This document shows positions 1-9,294 of a stretch of DNA of 64,000 bases, one piece after another (position 1 is the first letter of the stretch; every line of letters starts with the position of its first letter). The translations under genes and the position numbers were made by a program. Location: assembly GCA_015163875.1 (NCBI GenBank), contig JAAOIH010000005.1:2607-66606 (forward strand), read 5' to 3'. The notes below the pieces were generated by a model. It saw only the letters and a program-made list of their open reading frames with translations. It had not been told where the DNA came from and ran no database searches. The DNA is from Bdellovibrionales bacterium. GTDB taxonomy: Bacteria > Bdellovibrionota > Bdellovibrionia > Bdellovibrionales > UBA1609.

Positions 1-3000
1 GATAATGACTAGGAAAACCAGGCAAAAAAGAAGCGTAACTTTCTTTAATAGATTTTAAAATATCTAGGGGGCTGTTTGATATAGGTGTAAAAGGATTTAA
101 TACATTGGTGGAATTTTCTGAACTATTAAATCCACTAATTACAGATCTCCACCCAGAGCCCTTGTCTTTTCTTAGAGAGTTTAAGAAAACTAAAATATCT
201 CTTGGCCCTCTCATTCTAATTAACCAAGGATGGTTATACAAAGCTCCCATATCTAGCTGATCTCCTGGAGTAAAATGTTGAGACACATAGTAGTATTTTT
301 CTAATAAACTTTTTTTAGCAGTTTGTAATTTTCCACATAATACAATTCCACTAGCTACCCCAGATAATCTTACTACTGTGCATTTTTTATAAGATAACAA
401 ATTAAAAATTACAGAGGATTCTTGTATAGATAATAAAACTTGAGATGTTAAAGTAAATCCATTTTCTGTAGATTTAGTAAATCCAATTTTATAAGGAACT
501 CCCCCTATGCCTAATATTTTTGACGGATCAACATCAAAGCGAGATGCAAAACTTTGCCTTAAACTAAAGTTTGTCCCGATATTTACATTAAAAGATTGTC
601 CTTCTTTATAAGAAGAACTTTCTGAATTTACTTTATAAATTTTATAAAAACTAGATATTTTAATGTCATTATTAGCCCAGTTAACTGTGTCACACAAAAA
701 AGAATTTCCACGCAATTGTTCTTTAGAAAAAGTTTTTAACTCTTCTCTTTTCTTTTTTAAATTTTCTTCGCTAAGCTTAGTATATTTATTAAGATCAAAA
801 TTTATTAATTGTTCGTGACTTAATCTGTCTACCATATATCTACATAAACGAGTCTTCATAAAACTTTTTTTAATTTTTCCTGTAGTTAAAATATCTTTAA
901 TATTTTTTACAGTAGCAGATTTTAAATCATTTAATAAATGTGTTAATTTATATCTAATTTTTCTAAATTTAGAAAAAGGTTTATTTAATTGATTTTTAAA
1001 ACTATTAAAATCCATTTGTTTAATTTCTGGATCTAAAGTTTGTTGCCCTAAATCTTGATTTTTAAATTTAACATTACAATTTTTTTTAACATTATTACCC
1101 TTAAAACAATTATCATTTTTTTCTAATACATTGTAATCAGAAATATAATCTAAACCATATAGTCTGGTATAAAGATTAAAACTAGAATTTTTTATATTTA
1201 TTTGTTCTTGATTTTTATGTAAAATTTTTTGCTGTTTTATTAAATCGTCTACATGAATATTTGCTAGTCTATTTTCACTTTCAAAATATTCGTGAGTTAA
1301 TTTAGATTCCCCTCCAGATGCTCTGATAGCTTCTACTTTATTTAATAAATTTCCTACAGACAAAGATGCCCTGTATGTTATGCCTGCACCAATAAGACAC
1401 TCTTGATTTCCACAATTATTTAACAGCATAGAATCTGTTGGACGCATATACGAACTATTGTCATATTGAACCAAAGTAACTGGCGCAATAAATGTACGCC
1501 TTTCAAGACCTGAATCTTTAATTAAAAATTTATTAGGATCTAAAATAGATTTTCCATTAATTTTCATAAAATTATTTTCTTCAACTTCTTCTATGTCTGC
1601 CTGAGAAAATGAAAACTCTTTTAATAAATCTTTTAAATCTTCTGGTAAATTAGCAGAATCTAAGCTATCAGAATTATTTTTTAAATCTGCAGCTCTCTTT
1701 TTAAGCAATCTAATTAGCCTGCTTAGTCGTCCTTGCTTATAGCCTACAAATTCCTGTAGATCTTTCTCTTTGTGTTCGTCTCTGAGCAACAGCTTAATTT
1801 TTTCTATTTCTTTTAAAGACTTTTCTGGATTTATAGTATTATTAAAAAACTTTTTTGCTTCATAAGAAACTTTTTGATCAAATATACGCGCTACTTGCAA
1901 TGCTTTTTCGTCAATAGCCTCTAGTTGAATAAGTAATTGTCCCCTGATTTTCATTAAAATAGGATTATTAATTTTTAATGCCACCGGCTCTATAATTAAT
2001 CCATTTTGAACTTTAATTAATTTTTGATAAGCAGTTATATACTCTATTGCTTTAGTTAATTTAGGTTTTACTGACTTAGATTGAAAATTATCTTGTATTC
2101 CTAACAATCTGGACTCTAAATTAGATTCATTAAATACAGAGGAATTAATTCCTGTAATATTTAAATTAAAAAATATTTTATTTTTTCTGGATAAATCTTT
2201 AATTTGTGATTGAAGTGCGTGTCTATTTTTTTGCGGAATTTTTTCAATAATGCTTTGCACTCTATCACTTGTTCCATCTTCATTTTCTTGTGTAGAAGAT
2301 ATAGTAATGCCAACAGCTGCTGGCTTTAAATAAGTTTTTTGAAAAGCCACCTTCATTAAATAAACCCCGTCTCTTAAAGATTTGTGGTGTTCATCTCTGG
2401 CATAAGATAGTGAATTATACCTTAGTGCAAATGGTTGCAAAACTAATAACAATCTTTTTCTAATATCTAAATTTAAATATTCGTCTATTTTATATTTAAA
2501 CCCTAAAGTATTATAAGAAAAGTTTTGTAAAAAAAATATAGATTTTAATCTTTTTTCATCAGCTATTTTTGTTCCTCCATATCTATTATCAAATCCAAAA
2601 TTCGTAATTTTTTCGTCCCACGGATTTATACTAAAAGATATTTCTTTATTAAATCTATTATATTTGTTTTTTATATTGATAAAGTTTTTAGATGTTATTG
2701 TATGATCAGGGTCATGATAAATATGAAATTTTTTAATAAAATATTTTTGTGGTTTATAAACTTTATGAAAGACTGTTCCGCTAACAGGCAAGCAGCCTTC
2801 TCTGTTTGTATAAAAACCTGTATTTTTTATAAGTTTAGATTCATAAGTAATAAAAAAATGTTCATTAACAACTGGTGCATCTGTTAAAGTATGCTTAAGA
2901 CAAAACTCAGTTCTAAACCTAACAGTTCTAGATATTGCTGTTTCTCCTGGTAAAATAGATTGATGCTTTGGTATTGCCTCTAAAATTCTAAATGGCCTTA

Positions 3001-4141
3001 TCCCCTCTAAATATCTTTTACTTTTTAATGTTTTAATATTGCTAGAAAGTTTTAAAAATTCTGAATAAGAAAACTTTTCTTTTAATTTAGATAAAGCTTC
3101 ATTAGAGTTTTCTTCTAAAATTAATGACGAGCTTCCTAATAATTTTCTATAAGAGCCAAGAGAATACAAGGCATCAAATGTAGACAGACTAACATTTTCT
3201 GGAATTAAGCGAACAGCTATTGCAAAATTACCCCTAAGAGCCTTGTGACTAAAAACTCCTTTATAAGAAATAATACCTCTATTTTGTGCAGTAAATTTAA
3301 CAAACAAAGGTTTGCTAGAGTGAAATAAAATAGCATGCTCTTTACTACTTTTACCCATATTTGTAGCTATTAATGAAACAAAAGCTCTAACTTTTCCTGA
3401 TTTTATTTTATATAAAGTTTTTTCTCCATAAGCGTCTTTTAACTTAGCTAATAAATCCATTTCTAATCTTACTTCTAAATCAAGCTTGTTATTATATTCT
3501 TTAATTTGAGAAATAAAAACTTTAGCATTAGCTATGTCTAATGGATAATGCTTTTTAATGCTTTTTTCAAAACCAAGTTTAGATTTACTAACTTGCTCTT
3601 TTCCAAAAGATAATAAATTTACAGGCAGTCTGTCTTTTTTATCTAAATGTACAAAACTTGGATAATTAGATCTAAAAATTGCCCATGGATTAATTGCAAT
3701 CTCTACAGGATAAAATCCTTGATGCAATCCCCTTCCAATAATTTCTCTTTTTAAAACTAAATAAGATGGGTTATTAGAAAAAAAGTTAAAAGCAACATCT
3801 TCGTGCCACTCAAGCCAACCGCTTGCTTTTGTAATTTCTTTAATTATTGTTCCGTCTTCTTTTTTTATATAAAATTCATGACCAATAATTGTTCTAGCAT
3901 CTTTTTGCGAAATAACTTTAACTCTAAATTTATAGCGCAAGCTATGTGGAATTTTCCATATACCTTTGTTTAAAATAGGAACTGCAGAGCTGTTGCTTAC
4001 CTCTGCAACTCTAAATGTTGCTTTAATATATTTTCGGCCAGCAAGCCCATTAAGTATAGTTTCATTTTTTTTAGAAGGCCCCCAACAAGACACAGAAAAA
4101 ACTAAAATAATAAAAAGAAAACTTTTTTTAAAAGACATCAT
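1..4141 (-). CDS. Very large (>=1380 aa) putative lipoprotein, hypothetical; 3' end lies beyond the window start
   Basis: Absent from the ORF track, consistent with no stop inside the window. Manual translation from ATG 4141 (ATGA overlap with the upstream stop) gives MMSFKKSFLFIILVFSVSC-WGPSKK, a lipobox. Spot checks at 2-720 in the same frame are open (YYYVSQHFTPGDQLDMGALYNHPWLIRMRG). The middle was not read codon by codon. Confidence 0.85.
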   Translation of the reverse strand, partial: MMSFKKSFLFIILVFSVSCWGPSKKNETILNGLAGRKYIKATFRVAEVSNSSAVPILNKGIWKIPHSLRYKFRVKVISQKDARTIIGHEFYIKKEDGTIIKEITKASGWLEWHEDVAFNFFSNNPSYLVLKREIIGRGLHQGFYPVEIAINPWAIFRSNYPSFVHLDKKDRLPVNLLSFGKEQVSKSKLGFEKSIKKHYPLDIANAKVFISQIKEYNNKLDLEVRLEMDLLAKLKDAYGEKTLYKIKSGKVRAFVSLIATNMGKSSKEHAILFHSSKPLFVKFTAQNRGIISYKGVFSHKALRGNFAIAVRLIPENVSLSTFDALYSLGSYRKLLGSSSLILEENSNEALSKLKEKFSYSEFLKLSSNIKTLKSKRYLEGIRPFRILEAIPKHQSILPGETAISRTVRFRTEFCLKHTLTDAPVVNEHFFITYESKLIKNTGFYTNREGCLPVSGTVFHKVYKPQKYFIKKFHIYHDPDHTITSKNFINIKNKYNRFNKEISFSINPWDEKITNFGFDNRYGGTKIADEKRLKSIFFLQNFSYNTLGFKYKIDEYLNLDIRKRLLLVLQPFALRYNSLSYARDEHHKSLRDGVYLMKVAFQKTYLKPAAVGITISSTQENEDGTSDRVQSIIEKIPQKNRHALQSQIKDLSRKNKIFFNLNITGINSSVFNESNLESRLLGIQDNFQSKSVKPKLTKAIEYITAYQKLIKVQNGLIIEPVALKINNPILMKIRGQLLIQLEAIDEKALQVARIFDQKVSYEAKKFFNNTINPEKSLKEIEKIKLLLRDEHKEKDLQEFVGYKQGRLSRLIRLLKKRAADLKNNSDSLDSANLPEDLKDLLKEFSFSQADIEEVEENNFMKINGKSILDPNKFLIKDSGLERRTFIAPVTLVQYDNSSYMRPTDSMLLNNCGNQECLIGAGITYRASLSVGNLLNKVEAIRASGGESKLTHEYFESENRLANIHVDDLIKQQKILHKNQEQINIKNSSFNLYTRLYGLDYISDYNVLEKNDNCFKGNNVKKNCNVKFKNQDLGQQTLDPEIKQMDFNSFKNQLNKPFSKFRKIRYKLTHLLNDLKSATVKNIKDILTTGKIKKSFMKTRLCRYMVDRLSHEQLINFDLNKYTKLSEENLKKKREELKTFSKEQLRGNSFLCDTVNWANNDIKISSFYKIYKVNSESSSYKEGQSFNVNIGTNFSLRQSFASRFDVDPSKILGIGGVPYKIGFTKSTENGFTLTSQVLLSIQESSVIFNLLSYKKCTVVRLSGVASGIVLCGKLQTAKKSLLEKYYYVSQHFTPGDQLDMGALYNHPWLIRMRGPRDILVFLNSLRKDKGSGWRSVISGFNSSENSTNVLNPFTPISNSPLDILKSIKESYASFLPGFPSHY

Positions 4142-5283
4142 ATTTTAGACTCCAAACCCAAAGACACTGACTGTAGTTTTTCTTGAAAAGCATCTATATT
4201 AATTACACTAGATTGAATATACTTTAATCCTATTTTGCTAAAGTTATTTATTTTCCATGACAAAGATACCGAAAAACCCTCTCTGTTATTATTTCCGTAA
4301 GCTGCACTATTATAATATGATATAGTGGCATCAGGCTCAACAAAGAAGTTTTCAAACACTAGTGATAGGTCTTGAGAAAACAAAGAAATTTTATCAAAAT
4401 ATAATTTTAAAAATCTAGCATTAGCAACGCTTTTGTCTGCTGCATAATTAAAAAATAAATAAGACTCTAGTCCAGCTCCAAAAAGTGGATAATATAAATT
4501 TATACCTGATCCAACAATTTTAAAATCAAAATCAAAACTACTGTTACTAGCCGCATCTCCCCTAGTGCTATTTCCAAGAAGTCCACTTTGAAATGCTACA
4601 ATAGATGGTAAATTAAAATATTGAGTATAAAATAAATTATATTTTAAGTTCCATTGTTTTTTTTTATAACCTATATCCCAATCTATATCCCATTGAGACA
4701 TAAAAAAATAAGGAAGTTTTTCATTATTTAATCTATAACTATCGTTACTATCTGATGGAGGTGTGCTTTGTTCTAAATTCCAATTTACAGATATATTTTT
4801 TATATTTAATATATGCCATGATTGTCTAAAACCAATAAATGAACTAGAAGAGCTAATAAGCAAATTTTTATTCCAAAAAGATTCTGATAAAATTCCTGCC
4901 TCAATAAATAAATTTTTAGTTGGAATGCCTATTAGTTTTGCACTTCTTAAAGAGTAAACTCCAGAATCATTGCTTCCAAAAATATGTTGTTGCAAACGCT
5001 TTTTAGAAGCTTTTAAATCAACTGATGCCTGAAAAAGTAAATTAGGTAGTAATTCTTTTTCCCAATTAATTTTTACATTAAGCAACACTCCCAAAGAATC
5101 ATTTAATCCTTCTTTCCACCTCCAAGAAGAAAGCCCCCACTCATAATTTAAATTAGAAGATTTAAGAAATCTAGGTTTATAATTTTTAGAATTTGAATTA
5201 AATTTTTTAGCCTCTAAATTAAAACCAAAGCCTAAAACAAACATCAAAATAGAAAAATGCACAAAAATAATATTTTTTAACAT
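4138..5283 (-). CDS. Putative outer-membrane beta-barrel protein
   Basis: The ORF track starts at 5409, but ATG 5283 gives a clean signal peptide (MLKNIIFVHFSILMFVLGFGFNLEA-K). It has alternating aromatic/hydrophobic strands and a beta-signal-like C-terminus (SVSLGLESKI). Confidence 0.7.
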   Translation of the reverse strand: MLKNIIFVHFSILMFVLGFGFNLEAKKFNSNSKNYKPRFLKSSNLNYEWGLSSWRWKEGLNDSLGVLLNVKINWEKELLPNLLFQASVDLKASKKRLQQHIFGSNDSGVYSLRSAKLIGIPTKNLFIEAGILSESFWNKNLLISSSSSFIGFRQSWHILNIKNISVNWNLEQSTPPSDSNDSYRLNNEKLPYFFMSQWDIDWDIGYKKKQWNLKYNLFYTQYFNLPSIVAFQSGLLGNSTRGDAASNSSFDFDFKIVGSGINLYYPLFGAGLESYLFFNYAADKSVANARFLKLYFDKISLFSQDLSLVFENFFVEPDATISYYNSAAYGNNNREGFSVSLSWKINNFSKIGLKYIQSSVINIDAFQEKLQSVSLGLESKI

Positions 5284-5361
5284 ACAAATACTACGCTTTT
5301 TTAATAACATTAAAGCTAATCTGTTTAAAGCTTGTAAGTTATAAAAATACCTACAAATTTC

Positions 5362-5409
5362 AAACTGGTCTACAATAATGGTCATAAACTGGTCTACAAT
5401 AATGGTCAC
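5362..5409. repeat. 24-bp tandem direct repeat (2 copies) with an inverted third copy at 5554-5580
   Basis: AAACTGGTCTACAATAATGGTCAT / AAACTGGTCTACAATAATGGTCAC. Bases 5360-5386 match the reverse complement of 5554-5580 at 23/27 positions. Confidence 0.9.
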
Positions 5410-5466
5410 AAAAAAGGCCTGTATTGGGGCTTAGCCAGGGTTTTTATAGGATTTTATGTTTTTAGC

Positions 5467-5496
5467 TGGACATTTCAGGCAAGAAAGCTCCATAAT
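5467..5496 (+). promoter_or_regulatory. Candidate sigma70-type promoter for the enoyl-ACP reductase gene
   Basis: TGGACA-18 bp-CATAAT, about 60 bp upstream of ATG 5555. Confidence 0.35.
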
Positions 5497-5554
5497 GGCT
5501 TTAAAGCGTATAAGAGACTGTCATCAGCGCTTAATTAAGAGTTGAAAAAATCCT

Positions 5555-6889
5555 ATGACCACTAAAGTAGACCAGCTTGATGTTTTTATTGTTTTTGGGG
5601 AGGTATTCCATGGGGGGTATATTCAGGGGCTTTTGGCTCAGGCAAAAAAAAATTCTGCCTCTATTATTTACAGCACTATGGGAAGGCGAGATTCTGATCA
5701 AAAATTAAGACCCCTTAATAAAGAAGAATTGTTAAAAAAAAACAAAGAACTAAATTTGTCTAACAATGACTTGCTAATAAATATTCCACTAGAGGCGGGT
5801 TTTGATTTAGAGATTTATCAAGAGCAAACACTTGTTGATTGCATTAATAAATATGGGTTAAAAAATTGGGAAAATTTTGTAATAGATGATGATTTTTTAC
5901 TTACTGTTAAAAAAGAAGCTAGCATTAAATTTAAAAAACAAATTAAAAAATTTTTAATTCAAGTAAGTTCTCACATAAAAGAAAATACAAAAAATATTTA
6001 TTTCATACATACCATGGCTGGTGGAATACCAAGGTCTAAGCTAGTAATGGCTGTTTTAAATAGGGTTTTAAAAGGTCGCGGAAAAAGATTTTATTCATCA
6101 GAGAAATTTTATAACACTGGTCTAGGAAAGGTCTCTTTAGAAAGTTTTAAATCTGTAACTGCAGAAAGTTTTAAAAATTTAATTACAGAAACAAAAGATT
6201 TAAGAAGCTTGTGGGCTAAAAAAAATATCAATGTATCTTATTCAGCTTTTGGCTATAGAGGTAACTCTATTTTAATTAAAAATCAATATCAATGGACAGC
6301 TTATGCTCCATACATACAAGGTTGGGCTAAGTTAGAGCTAGAAGATATTGCACAAAAAGCTAAAGATAATAATATTAATACTAATGTTTTTAATTGCCCA
6401 GAAGTTCTTACAAGATCGAGTCAAACTTTTTCTGGTATAGAAGTTTTTTTATATCCTTTTTTAAATTCTTTAAATTCTGCAAGCTCTGATTTAATTTTAA
6501 AAAAAATTGGTGATCTTAAAATTATACAAGATTTATTAAATCAACTAGGTTACAAGTCTTTAAAACAAGATAGTTTTATTAATTATTTTAATAAGGATTT
6601 TTCTTTTGTAAAATTAAAACAATTAACTGATAATTTTTTTACTGATTCAAGTCTTGAGAATCAACTTAATCATGACCTATGGCCTCAACATAATAACTCT
6701 AAGCAAATGGACTTAATGATAGAAGCAACTTTAGAGCTTAATAAATATATAATCCCTGAAACAAAATTACTTTTTCATACACAATTAAGCTTAATTTTAA
6801 TTTATCTAGCTGGAAATCAAATTTATAAACAATTAGGATCTAAAAAAACTGTGCAAAACTTAACTCATGAAAGTTTGTTGCATGAATAA
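5555..6889 (+). CDS. fabMG: Enoyl-ACP reductase, FabMG family
   Basis: Family motifs recognised: VFGEVFHGGY, STMGRR, INIPLEAGFD, HTMAGGIP, YSAFGY, YAPYIQGWAKLELE, FNCPE, WPQHN. Confidence 0.75.
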   Translation: MTTKVDQLDVFIVFGEVFHGGYIQGLLAQAKKNSASIIYSTMGRRDSDQKLRPLNKEELLKKNKELNLSNNDLLINIPLEAGFDLEIYQEQTLVDCINKYGLKNWENFVIDDDFLLTVKKEASIKFKKQIKKFLIQVSSHIKENTKNIYFIHTMAGGIPRSKLVMAVLNRVLKGRGKRFYSSEKFYNTGLGKVSLESFKSVTAESFKNLITETKDLRSLWAKKNINVSYSAFGYRGNSILIKNQYQWTAYAPYIQGWAKLELEDIAQKAKDNNINTNVFNCPEVLTRSSQTFSGIEVFLYPFLNSLNSASSDLILKKIGDLKIIQDLLNQLGYKSLKQDSFINYFNKDFSFVKLKQLTDNFFTDSSLENQLNHDLWPQHNNSKQMDLMIEATLELNKYIIPETKLLFHTQLSLILIYLAGNQIYKQLGSKKTVQNLTHESLLHE

Positions 6890-6914
6890 TTTTTTATTTT
6901 GGAGAAATAATTTT

Positions 6915-9182
6915 TTATTTTGGAGAAATAATTTTTGACAACACTCTTGTTAAAGACAGAGGGTCTGCTTGCAACACTGGAGGGTTAAATAAAAAATTTA
7001 TTTTATCAAATGCACTGGCGTCTAAAGGCATTGTTAAAACAAAATGAAAAGCTTGGTTGATAGAGTATTGATCTGTATCGCTTCCGTCGGCTTGTAATAA
7101 CTTAATAACAAGTCCTTTAAATATTAAAATAGCTTGTTTTAATTCATTTTTATCTAAAATTCCAGAATTATCTTTATCGTATCTTAGCATTACAGATTCT
7201 ATAAAATATAACAAAGTGTAAGTTAAAAATAATTTAGATTCTGTTAGCTCTTGATTACTATTAAAAATATTTTTATAAATAAGAGAAAAAAATTCTTTTT
7301 TAGAATCTGCAGAAGAATTATTAAAATAATTATCTACTATAAATAATCCAGACTTTTTTTCTATTTTTTTAAAAAAGAAATCTACGCAATTTGTGCTGCA
7401 TTCTTTATTTAAAATAATTATTTCTTGCTTAGCTTTTTTAATAGCAGAATGTGCAATGCTAAACAGTTCAAATACTTCTTTAAACGACACATCTTCAGAA
7501 ATTATTTGTTCAATATTAGTTACAGCAGGATTTCCAGAATAAACATCTGGGCAATAATACATGCAATCTATTGCTTTGGTTTCAACTAAATACCCTTTAG
7601 AGCTATAAGAAAAAAATTGAGAAAGAACTTGAACTAAACTAGAAATATTATCTATACTTGCTGGAATATAAATACCCAAAGATCTTAATAAAACAAAGGC
7701 ATCCTTGGTTAAGCTTTTAACTTCGCTAGATTTTAATTTTATATTAGATATATCAGATAAAGATTTATTTTTTATTACAGTGTTTGCATAGCTAAAACTA
7801 TAAGTATAAAAAATTTTTTCTACTAAGCTTAATAAGTTATTATGTACAAACAAATTATAAATTTTTGTTTTGTCTGCATTTGTAGCCTTGTAAATATTTG
7901 CAACTCCAGGACTTTTAAAAACATAAACGCTGTTTTTTGCAATAGACAATAATCTATCATAGTACCTAATATCTTGCGCAGATTTTTGTTTTCCAAGTTT
8001 ATCATAAACTTTTTTATTAACACTTCCAGATAAAATAACTTGAGCTCGTGCCCATTTATTTACTGTTTTTTTAATTTCTTTTAGTATTTTTATATTTAAA
8101 CCTGTATTGCTTGATTTATTTTTTAATGTAGTAAAATATTTACCAATATATATAGATAAAAATTCTTCATCTGCCCTAAAAGGAAGAATGGACCTGTCAT
8201 GAAATACTTCAAATATAGGAACTATCTTATCATAGGTAATAACATTGTTAGGCTGGACTTCTATTAAAGAGCTAACACTTTTAAAAACATTATTATACCA
8301 CAAAATAAAATAATCTAATTTTTTTACATTAAATAAACTTTGCTCATGCATAGTTAATCTATACTGTATAAATAAAGAGTATGTGTCTGAGAAAAAATTT
8401 AACATACTCTTCCACTGTTTTGGTGAGAATTGCTCATTAGTGTTTTTAGACAAAAGCAAGGTTTGCATAGAAGAAAAAAGCTTATTTTGTTTTTGTATAA
8501 ATTTTGAAAATTTAGTTTGAGCACCGTTATTAAAAAATAAACCTGTGTGCAATGTTAGCTCTTGAAAATTAGAATAAGAGTAAAAAGTTTTAGGGGTATT
8601 TTTACTAAATTGTTTTAAAACATTAACTAAAGTTGTTTTAGCTTGATCTAATCTAACTTCTATTTCGCTCCAAGAATATTTAGACAAAATATTTTTTACT
8701 GACATGTCTTGTGTAAATATATTGTAAAACTCCATATGTTTTAAAAGTTCTAACAAAGAAGGTGTCATTTTTTTTAATTCTTGTGAAATTTGTTGTAACT
8801 CTGATTTAGTAATCATGTCACTTCCACCAACTAACCATTTTTTAAATAATATAACCTCTTTCTTTAACTCTTTAGTCAAAGCAGGTGGATTTGTTAATAA
8901 TTTAGAAATATAATCTGCTATTTCTTCTACGGTAAATTGATCTTTATCTTTACCATTTACCGAATATGCAAACATTTCTATTGAATTAGAAAAGCATATC
9001 CAAAAATTTTTAAAATCTTGAGGAGAAATGTTAGCATCAAAGTAATTTATTACATTTTTATAAAAAGATTTTAAACACTTACTAGACTCAGATGGTTTTA
9101 CATATGTCTTTGCAGTTTCTGTAACTTTTAAATTACAAGAAACAGAACTAATAATAAAAATAAGAGAAAATATTAATTTCAT
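6915..9182 (-). CDS. Large alpha-helical lipoprotein with C-terminal EF-hand
   Basis: Lipobox SVS-C16 and a canonical EF-hand loop DKDNSGILDKNE. Paralogous to 10693-12990 (shared N-terminal C..F.K....YF...S......FWIC...SI). Confidence 0.75.
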   Translation of the reverse strand: MKLIFSLIFIISSVSCNLKVTETAKTYVKPSESSKCLKSFYKNVINYFDANISPQDFKNFWICFSNSIEMFAYSVNGKDKDQFTVEEIADYISKLLTNPPALTKELKKEVILFKKWLVGGSDMITKSELQQISQELKKMTPSLLELLKHMEFYNIFTQDMSVKNILSKYSWSEIEVRLDQAKTTLVNVLKQFSKNTPKTFYSYSNFQELTLHTGLFFNNGAQTKFSKFIQKQNKLFSSMQTLLLSKNTNEQFSPKQWKSMLNFFSDTYSLFIQYRLTMHEQSLFNVKKLDYFILWYNNVFKSVSSLIEVQPNNVITYDKIVPIFEVFHDRSILPFRADEEFLSIYIGKYFTTLKNKSSNTGLNIKILKEIKKTVNKWARAQVILSGSVNKKVYDKLGKQKSAQDIRYYDRLLSIAKNSVYVFKSPGVANIYKATNADKTKIYNLFVHNNLLSLVEKIFYTYSFSYANTVIKNKSLSDISNIKLKSSEVKSLTKDAFVLLRSLGIYIPASIDNISSLVQVLSQFFSYSSKGYLVETKAIDCMYYCPDVYSGNPAVTNIEQIISEDVSFKEVFELFSIAHSAIKKAKQEIIILNKECSTNCVDFFFKKIEKKSGLFIVDNYFNNSSADSKKEFFSLIYKNIFNSNQELTESKLFLTYTLLYFIESVMLRYDKDNSGILDKNELKQAILIFKGLVIKLLQADGSDTDQYSINQAFHFVLTMPLDASAFDKINFLFNPPVLQADPLSLTRVLSKIISPK

Positions 9183-9294
9183 AGGCTTGCCTTCTTATCG
9201 GGTGATTATACACTATACAGATTGGTAAAATCTTATATATTTTGTTATTTTTGTAATAATTGTAAGCATTTTAATATTATTATCACAATATGGG

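Noticed and set aside
5362-5409. 24-bp repeat as a CRISPR array
   Set aside because: There are only two abutting copies, no spacers and no cas genes.
5284-5409. N-terminal extension MTIIVDQFMTIIVDQF... of the barrel ORF
   Set aside because: It derives from the intergenic repeat; ATG 5283 gives a normal signal peptide.
5410-5554. GC-richer intergenic segment as tRNA, oriC or dif
   Set aside because: I found no cloverleaf or T-loop, no DnaA-box cluster and no XerC/D consensus.
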